This document shows positions 54,625 to 64,000 of a DNA stretch of 64,000 nt, piece by piece. The notes under the pieces were generated by a model. That model had not been told where the DNA came from. It did no database searches and saw only the letters and a program-made list of their open reading frames with translations. The position numbers and the translations under genes were made by a program. The stretch lies in contig JAAOMT010000276.1 in the NCBI GenBank assembly GCA_016748015.1, forward strand, positions 248,001 through 312,000, in the 5' to 3' direction. Numbering within the stretch: the first letter of the stretch is position 1; every line of letters starts with the position of its first letter. This stretch comes from Geosiphon pyriformis uo1 (taxonomy: Eukaryota; Fungi; Glomeromycota).

Positions 54625-55517
54625 ATGATGAAACTATTCATGGCATGCTTTAAATACACAAATTGGACTAATTTATTTTTCACAAAAACTCAGAATTTTC
54701 ATAAACCATTTCCCTCCAAGACAGTGCTTGACGGGTCAACCCGTTCATTCGCTTCGTTGGACTTCTCTGACGAACAAATTACACGAATATTCTTACTACA
54801 ACATTTTACTGCGGCGTTTACCAGTTCTTTTTCACCTGACATTGACATATGGCAAGAGGAATTGTTCCAGGCCTTTAGTGAAATTATAACAAAAATAACC
54901 AGTTTTGTCGCAGTGGAAGAACAAGAATACTTTAGTCATGATGGTACCTTTCTAGATTTTATCTTGGATATAATTGAAAACGAGAAGATATTTCCGGCAA
55001 AACAAAAAGCAATTGAAACTATCCGAGAAGCCTTTTCCTCGCTTAATACATCAAAACTACATTTTACCACTGAGCTCTTGGAGACTATATCTCCGGATGT
55101 ATTTCATTACTGTTGTTTATGTGGCCGGTTTGTCGAAGTAAATTCTGATCAATTATGGTACAATATTTCAACTCTATTTTGTCACTTGGAGACAGCTTGG
55201 GGTGAGTGTCAGGATTATCTCGAAGAGATATGGGAAGAAATGGAAGAAGCCAAATCCAAAAACACATGCAAATATTGGTCCCGTAGATCAATTTTGATTT
55301 GGACTTTGAAAACTGCCTGCAATCAATACTGAACAATCAAATAGGCAAGAGTGATCATAAAGTTTCCAGCGGATTCACATGTGGTTTTTTTTTTTGGGAA
55401 GAAGATCCCTTTTGGGACCTTGATAGACATTTTTCATATGAAGTGGAGAAACGTTATGAACAAATTAATTCTCATGGGGTGAAAGGAATATTTAATAAGT
55501 TTCGTCAAAGTTCTTGA
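54625..55517 (+). CDS. Hypothetical protein (CxxC motif), probably frameshifted near 55290
   Basis: Long open frame with CCLCGR, continued by the overlapping frame 55299-55517; no family recognised. Confidence 0.4.
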
Positions 55518-56900
55518 AAAAAAAAAGTTTTTTTTTACAATGCTATTTCAAAGGTTGGATTATCTGGATGATTGAGAATTTTAGTTAATTTCTAATAGTT
55601 ATTGAGTAACTAGAACTTTTTTTGTAAATAGTTAAAATTTAGAATCATGGGTGCTCAGTGTTTTGGCGTTTATTAGTATTGAAAATTCAGTGAAATTTTT
55701 GATATCTCACATTTTATCAAAGGATAGTTTGTCCGATTCACTACAATCATTAATCATTTAATCATTTAATCATTTAATTATAGAAGCATTACAAGTTTCA
55801 ACATTTTCTAAGGATTACACGTTGAATGTAAAAATTTTGTTTAAAAATTTTTTTTATTTAATTTTTTATACAAATTCAAGTACAAAGGTTAGTTAGTACT
55901 ATTACAAAGTTTCATTTTTTTTCAAAAATTTCCACAAAAATTCGGAAATATTTGTTATTTGCAAACGATTTACAGAAGAAAGTTGAGATTTTTTTACAAT
56001 AAAAAGCGAAGGAAAAACCAAACCAAACCAAACCAAAAAAAAAACAAGCAATAGAATTAAAGGAACTTGAAAAAAAAAACAAAAAAAAACATTCAATTTT
56101 AGTGTTCAAAAATTTGAAAATCTGATCGTCATCGTACATTGTTCTTTTTAGGAAACAAAAAAGAAAAAAAGAAAAAGGAAACGAAGGGCAAAGACGCGTT
56201 CAATCGTTGTCAAAGCATATAAAAACGTAGACGCGATGCAATACCAAAAATAAGGAAAATGTAATTATTAAAAGGAGTAGAAAGAAAAATTTTTTTGCTT
56301 GTGATGGTGAAGTTGATTTTCTGGGTATTTTACAATTACACAAGTTTTCGGGTGTTATTTACATTGGTAGGGAAGAAGTTTTGTCAATTATGAAGGAAAA
56401 ATTAGAAACGAGAATTTTGAAGATGAGTATGAATCTCTGATCAAATAAAAAATCGTTGATTCATGTAATTAGATAGTGTAATTAAAAAATAATATTGTTC
56501 ACCCACGCGTGCACATAAAAGAAACCAGTAAAGGCACCAAATTAAATTACCCATTTTAGTAGTAGAAGTAGTAGTAGTAAAAGTAAAAGTAAAAGTAAAA
56601 GTAAAAGAAAAAGAAATATACAAGATTATATTTAAATTAATTATTAGTCGAGTAAAAAGAAACCTGTATCCATGAAACACCATTCAGAACCAAGAGGAAA
56701 TGTATATGAAAAGAAAAAAGGGGGGAATTTTTGAAAAATGAACAAGAAACGGAAAAAAAAGGACAAGAGAGTCGAATTTGTTATGGTAATGAGTGGTAAT
56801 ATATGAAGGTTTCTAAAAAAAAACGGCATTGAAAATGTCCGTGATATTAATGTATTATTATTATTATTACTATTATTATTATTATTATTATTATTAGGGG

Positions 56901-56944
<44 letters not shown>

Positions 56945-57125
56945 ATGAGTCTATTCGACTTTTTCAATGTTTAGAATTTGTATTGTCCGAGAATCGAGCA
57001 TCATTAGATTATGTTTGGTTGAAGAATATAATCATATTAAATTTTTACCTGTTCAGAATAGGTTACTTGTTTGATAGATTATTTTCTTTGACATCAATAT
57101 TAAAGGCAGACAACCGAAGTTATGC

Positions 57126-58573
57126 TTATTCATAGATGAATTGGTCGTTTGGCGAGATCAATACAGCCCAACCTAAAGCATCAACGTTAAGATAATCAAA
57201 AGATTCGGTTGTATTGGGATCAAGGGCGGAAGAGAAAGAGTTTTCATAATAACCCATGTCAACAAAATTATCGATTTGATTCGCAGTCACATCAGGATCA
57301 ACGGCAGAATTACAAGGAGTGAGACCTTCATTCAGCATACTTGATGATAATGTATAGGGGTCAAACAATGTCTCAAGGTGCACTTGACTATCATCTTTGA
57401 TCGCGTTACCAAGACATTCAAAAGGTGAAATCTCGTATTGAGAAACAGATTCCAATGAAGGTGTCAATTCTAATGGAGTTAAAAAGATATTATTCGTATC
57501 ATCATCATAACTACTGATGGTGGTGTTGGGGTAGACAGAGAAATATTCCTCATCATCAGTTGAAGAAAACTCCATAGATTCTGAAATGCTGAGTGTTGAT
57601 TCGATGGATGGACGTCTTGATTGATCGATAAACAAATCAGAAGGATTGTTGTTGAACAAATCAGAAGAATTGTTGAACAAATCGCAAGGATCGTTAAACA
57701 AATCAGAAGAAGGGTTTAAAGACATGGAGGGAGAAGGAGAGGGAGATGAAGTTGGTGGTAATGAGGTCGGAGTAGATGAAATTGTCGTGTTTGATCGTTT
57801 AGCACGACGACGTTTCTCATGAGGTCTTCGTGGACGATATTTATATTCCGGAAATTTCTTTGCATGTTCCGATTTGGCCAAATCAGCCAAATTTTGATAA
57901 TGTAATTTCTCCACAGGAGAAATTTTATGCCACATCTCTCCTACTTTCTTTGATACTTCATTATTAGAGATTCCTTCGTTCTCTCGAACGATTTCCGGGT
58001 GTTTGGTCCGACGATATAAAATAAAGGCATTTGGAGGTCGTGGAGTTTTCTTTGGCTTGGGAGCTTTAGGAACAGACCCGCGCTGCGGTGAAGGTTTCTT
58101 TGCTTCAGCAAGCACTAAAGAAGGGAACTTTAAGTCAGAGGCATTTGTTGTAGTAACGACGTCGGAGGTAGAAGTAGTCGAGAATTCATTAAACGTTAAA
58201 GGTTCAAATTTTGAGAATTGTTGTTGTTGTTGTTGAAGTAGCAGCTGTTGTTGCAATTGAAGATGTTGCTGATATTGGATCAACTGCTTTTGTTGTTGTT
58301 GCTGTTGTTGTTTATTAATAACAACAGCGGGTGGGGTGTTGGTTCGACTACTTTTTTTAGAACTTTTCTTTGTGTCGTTTTTTAAAAGATTTGCCGCGTG
58401 TGATTTGCCTTTTTTAGTATCGAGGGAGGAAGAGGAGTTTGCGGGGATCAAAACCGGTTCGAATCCTTCAGGAATGAAGTATGATGCCCCTTTTCCTTGT
58501 TCATAGAGGCTATGTAATTTTTCAGTTGATATTACTTGAAAAGTTGATACCAACCTCTTTGTATTACTATTAC

Positions 58574-58618
<45 letters not shown>

Positions 58619-58676
58619 TACTATCAGACGATTTACTCGTCGATGACGTATTAGTAGTAGTAATGGTAGAATTCAT
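57126..58676 (-). CDS. MATA-HMG box transcription factor
   Basis: KKTPRPPNAFILYRR..HPEI...ISNNEVSKKVGEMW......KLHYQNLA..AKSEHAKKFPEYKYRPRR; poly-N and poly-Q tracts; acidic C-terminus. Confidence 0.92.
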
Positions 58677-59663
58677 GATTTTATGATATTAAATGATAAT
58701 ATGGTCAACTATATTATCATGAAAAATAAAATCGAATAGGAAAAGGGATTTTTGTAAAGAAGTAAAGAAGGAAGATGGAAAGAATAGTGGTTCCGCTTAA
58801 TTTGATGAAATGCGGAGTTTGCCAGAGACAAAGCTAAAGTTTTTACAAAGAAAGGGAAAGAAAGGAATTTTATAGGAAATTTTTTTCATCTGTTGTAATA
58901 GGATTATTTGGTTACAGAGAATATTATAATTTTTTTTTTTCGCGTCAACGAGATACAAAGGGGAAAATTGTGTAATGTCACATTTGTCGCGGCGTATTCT
59001 ATATGAGGAACTTATGATACAGTTGTGTGTGAGAGTGAGTGAATTAATGAGTGAATTAGTGAATTAGTGAATTAGTGAGAGAGAGAGAGTGAGAGAGTGA
59101 GAGAGAGTGAGAAAGATAGACAGAAAAGATATACAGAAAAGATAGACAGAAAAGATAGACAGAAAGGGAGTAAGCAAAGCAAAACAAGAGAATAAAGTTT
59201 CTGCAAAAAACTTTTTGTGCAAGGTTTGACCTTATAAATGTTGTATGACATGTAAAAAAAATGTGACTCTTTACTCCATTAAGACGTGTTTTACTATTTA
59301 ACATGAAAATCAAATTTCTTTTGAAGTGATCGCTAAAGTTCAATGAATGTTAGACAAACATCGATTGGCGTCCAAACTTGATACGTTCAGACAATGCACA
59401 GAAAGCTATTTCAAGGAACAATAGCATAGATGATAAATTTTTAGTCATTATCTTGGGTTATTTGAGTGCTCTCTTACACTTTTTCCTTTGAATGGATTGG
59501 TAGGGTGACAGATAGGGTGTTTTATCTATCATTTTTAATTAACATTTACACAAAAAAAAAATGCATGAATATTATCACGGGTTCTTATTCAAGGTTTTTT
59601 TTTGAAGTTACATTTTAGTAAATCTTATTTATTATTATTATTAATATTAATATTAATATATAT

Positions 59664-59714
<51 letters not shown>
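59664..59714. repeat. (GATA)n microsatellite
   Basis: Direct reading. Confidence 0.9.
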
Positions 59715-59875
59715 TTTAAATTTTGGTGTTTGACGCGTTACCTAGTTTAAATATCTTTTGAGACGCGATTTTAATTATTTTTTAAATGGATACTCCTAAA
59801 AAATTTGACAATGTTAATTTCTGTTGAGACCGAGTAATCTTGCATTGTTCATTGAAATTATTTCCAGGTTGGTTG

Positions 59876-59907
<32 letters not shown>

Positions 59908-60290
59908 ATAGTTAAACTTTCCAAAATAAAAATCTTACACGTGCACGGGCCTAAGTAAAACCTAGATATGGGATTATGTTTTAATTATGGGAAAAATTTA
60001 ACGAATGAACTCTGATGAATTTTTTTTTGAAAAACTTGAATTTAAAGTTGTAATTTGTAAAATGATTCAAAATTAGGAATCACCCGTTTTTGAAACACCT
60101 TTCATTACCCGCCCAGGTACCAAATTTCAAATTTAAAGCAAAATCAAATCAAATAAACTTTCGCTGCAGGTAACTCAAAGAAAAGGATGTAAAGATATGT
60201 ATGTGCTTTGCATCAAGCTTTTTTTTTGTTTTTTTTTGTTTTGTTTAATAAAAGAATAGAATATTATCTAATTAACAACAATCCCAAAGA

Positions 60291-60348
<58 letters not shown>

Positions 60349-60788
60349 AATTGTTCATAAAGAAACTCTGTTGTCATATATTTTTTTTTACAAATCTTTT
60401 TTAAAAAATTATTTTTCAAAAAATTTAAAATTTTCATCCTCTTTCTTTCATCTAATTTTTTTATTGGTTTTTTGTAACGCGTCACAGAATCAATTTTAAT
60501 TTTTTTTTTAACTTTTGATACCAATTTTTTTGAAATACCAATTTTTTTTTTTTAGACAATAATTTTGTTTCTAGATTTATTATTATTCTCATTGAACTTC
60601 AAATAAAGATTGGGTTGGTTTCTCAATCTATGAGTTTAATATTAAAGGTAACATTTAAAGTAAATTTATTGGTGTTTCCAAAGCTTAAAAAAAAAAAAGA
60701 AAAAGCTTCTAGAAGCAATAAAAAAAATTTTACTTCAACTCTAAAAAAGATCCGGCAATCATTAATAGGAGTTTAAAAAAAAAATAGA

Positions 60789-60826
<38 letters not shown>

Positions 60827-61871
60827 TTTTTTTTTTGAAAAAATAAAAATAAAAAAAAAGGAAAATAGGAAACATCACACAAAACTGCTTGTATTAATTG
60901 TTTGAGCTTTTTTCGCGAATGTACGAAAAGGGCTTTTAAGGGTCCACATCATCTGCTGATGATCACAATGATATTTATTTAGTACCACAAAAGAATGATA
61001 AAATCGGAGTAGCGGATTGTGTGGGGGTAAAATTGGTAAGACTGGTTTTTTTTTTTTTCTTTTTACGGGATTGAGTAAATTGTCTCATTGCCCGTGATTA
61101 ATAAACCCTATTGCATAATTTATGATTTATTATTTATTATTTATTATTATTTAAAATTTTGCTTTTTTGGCAATTATTACAAATCCCTATTAAAAATTAT
61201 TATTATTATTATTATTATTATTATAATAATTATTATTAAAAATCGTAAAAAAAAAAAATCGTAGAGAAAATAAAAATATAAATATATCAGCAAAAATAAA
61301 AAAAAAGTTATCCACAACACTATTGAAAGTTTCACAATTAATCGCGCCACAACATTTTTTGCCTTAATTTGTAATTGATTAAAAAAAAAATTTTTGAACC
61401 TCCAAAAATGGTATCTTTTACAAAAATAAAAATGAACCTTATATATAAATAATTTTTTTTTAATGTAAGATTGGGACGGATTAGTCGTCAAAATGAACCA
61501 TAAAAGTATAAAATATTGGTGAAAAAATGTTAATCTACATGTATTTCATTTCCATAAATGTTTTAACTATCACACAAAGGTTTTCTAGCGAATTCGATGT
61601 CAAAAAAAATTTTCATGCAAGAAAATGTTAATTTAACCAAAATCAGGTCTGATATATAGTAGGTCTGCGGCTGTCCCACCTTTGAAACAAACAATTAAAA
61701 TTCTTTACTGTAAATTTTGAAACTAATCCACTATTTTAGCTATATTGAGGGCTCTAATTAAACAATACTAACAGGTTTCCACTCAATTACCCTTTTTCTT
61801 TAAATTTTTTAGCTTTTTTAATTAAGAACACCATGGATTTCAAAAAACAAGAAAACCATTTCGTTCTGGGT

Positions 61872-61923
<52 letters not shown>

Positions 61924-61924
61924 A
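61872..61924. repeat. (AAAG)n microsatellite
   Basis: Direct reading. Confidence 0.9.
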
Positions 61925-62789
61925 AAGGATTGATAATTGAAAGTGTTCAACTATCCTACTAATTTGCTCTAAAAAGTTATATTTCCTAATTTTGAAACGT
62001 TGATCGCTTCACAAAGATTTCCCATGCAGAAATTTATCATTATTTTTTTTATACAGATCCATCAAAAATAATAGATAAATTAGTAAAAATAATGATTTCA
62101 AATTAAGAATTCCAAAATAAATTCGAAACCTTATGCAAATATTTTACTCTGATTTTTATGTATTGAAAAGTTATGTGAAATATAAAAGTATATATATAAT
62201 ATATATATGTATATACAAGTACAGTTGCATTTGTAAGTGCATCCTTTGGGCTCGCTCGCTCGCTCACTTGGTTGCTAATTTAGTTAGATGAATTTAAGGT
62301 TGATCTCAGATTAGGAGTTAAAGGTAGGGTTTAGGAATAATGACTATGTTAAGAGGGTGTATCTACAGTATTCGATATGAAAGTGTAGACTTGAAAAATA
62401 AAAAAGTGACTATTTTTTTTTTTTTAAATAAAAGATAAAAAGTTTTGATAATAGTTAATGATAATGGTAAATTCTACAACGGATTTTTTGGGGAATAAGA
62501 GGATTTTTCTTAAGAAAAAGAAAACGTTCCAGAAAAAAATATCCATTATTTATACTTCCCATGATAATAAATGTGGGTAAGAAATGTTGTTGTTGTTGTT
62601 GTTGCTGCTGCTGTTGTTGCTTCTAAAAATACGAAGAAAGAAAAAGATAAATGAAAATTTTGGGCCTTCACACAAGCTAAACGTTTATATTTTTGAATAC
62701 TAGAGATTTTGACGGGTAAATTTGAATGCTGTTTAATTGTTTACGTTTTTATGAAATAAAAAAGTTGGGGTTATATTTATTGATTGGTT

Positions 62790-62873
62790 GATGGATGGAT
62801 GGATGGACGAATGGACGAATGGATGGATGGATGGACGGATGGACGGACGGATGGATGGATGAATGGATGGATG
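62790..62873. repeat. Imperfect (GGAT/GGAC)n microsatellite
   Basis: Direct reading. Confidence 0.85.
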
Positions 62874-63061
62874 AAAAAAACATAGAAACTCTCTTGGATT
62901 GCTGAATCTCATCCTCAACATGAAAGCAAAAACAAAATCCGACATCTGCAAAGCTATCACAGGAACATTGCGCAAAACCCATATTAAACTAGACGTACTT
63001 TTCCATACATCTGACCTCTCCAGGTACGCTAGACGATCGATCCTTGAATATCTCATCCCAC

Positions 63062-64000
63062 CTATATATAATTTGCTTTGAATTTTCCGTTAATTATTTC
63101 GCCATTATTTTGGTTGCTAGTAGGTAAGGCTTTAGTTGATGCTTGGGGATCTGTCATTGCTTGCATATGAGCTTCCATCTCGCGATGTTGCTCAGAGAAG
63201 ACTTCATACATAGAATCACGTTGTGAAAAATTCCTCACTGTCAATCGTCGTTGTTTACGTGCGTCTAATTCATCAAAATCGCCCAATTTTTCTTGTTGGT
63301 ATGAAATTTCATGATAGCTATCAAGCGATCTTTGTGATGATAAACTTTGAAGGTTTCGTGTAGGTTGAAGACCCATGGGAACAGAGTTTGACCGCATTGA
63401 AGAACTTTGTGGTTGGGAATGAGTTGGTGTTGGTGATCGTCGTGGGCTACTTGTGAATTGTATTGTATCCTCATTAGATTCAGTGGATTCAGTTTCGAGG
63501 TCATCCTCTTCTACATGAAGTTCCAAGTCATTGACCTCTTCATCTTCATCATCTTCATCATGGTTACGACGGATTGATTTAACTGCGAAATTTGAAGATC
63601 ATTATCAATATTAATAGCTTTCTTAATCACAAGAAGAAGATCTCTAGTCACTTTTAATCCACTCACCAGTCAACTTTCTTTCTAACCCAACGACAGCTTC
63701 AGGCGCATTATCAAGATAATGAACACTGTTTCGATTACTCCTTCCGCCAATTTCTTCACGTATATCCGTCCGTCGCATGGCGGTTTTCGGTGATAAAGAA
63801 GAACTATTGTCATTATCAGGAGAAGCTGGATCTCCTGATGGGTCTGAAGAATTCGAGTCTAAATGATAGTTTCCTTCCGGTTCCTCAAGAGCTTTTGGAG
63901 CTGCGATGCCGTCTTGATCGATGAAGAAGATATATTCAAATTCAGCCATAAATAGACTGAAAACACCGGCAGGAATCCCTAAGCTTGGTGAGAATACGAT
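63062..64000 (-). CDS. 3' part of a Bem3-like RhoGAP (starts beyond the window)
   Basis: The window begins in frame with IVFSPSLGIPAGVFSLFMAEFEYIF (end of a RhoGAP domain), then NRNSVHY, an intron and a low-complexity tail. Confidence 0.7.

Noticed and set aside
57126-58676. Mating-type (sexP/sexM) locus
   Set aside because: No flanking triose-phosphate transporter or rnhA-type helicase; DED1 is about 48 kb away and is a different helicase; MATA-HMG genes are numerous in this lineage.

Overview
Fungal nuclear DNA: AT-rich, with short GT-AG introns. The BTB/KCTD, MATA-HMG and arrestin families, and the CpG-depleted, AT-eroded LINE relics, point to Glomeromycotina, possibly a Geosiphon-like genome (inference). 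Housekeeping genes (URB1, YTH1, a CDCA7-like gene, DED1, a TMEM70-like gene, NDUFAF5, an ERJ5-like gene, IMP2, ERD1, ADE1, an HMG transcription factor and the end of a RhoGAP) are interleaved with decayed transposons. The standout feature is an 8,592-bp DNA transposon at 45664-54255, with perfect 45-bp terminal inverted repeats (TIRs) and an ATTT target-site duplication (TSD). It carries a Sola-type DDD transposase and two operon-like coiled-coil ORFs that read through only if TGA=Trp (genetic code 4, as in Mollicutes-related endobacteria, MRE). It also carries a spliceosomal-intron-containing fungal gene and a perfect 133-bp tandem repeat. It looks like a transposon that has moved between an endobacterium and its fungal host. 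Also notable are an intronless NuiA-like nuclease inhibitor gene, a Fanzor2/TnpB relic and patchy hypermutation of the LINEs. All calls come from reading the sequence by eye; no searches were run.
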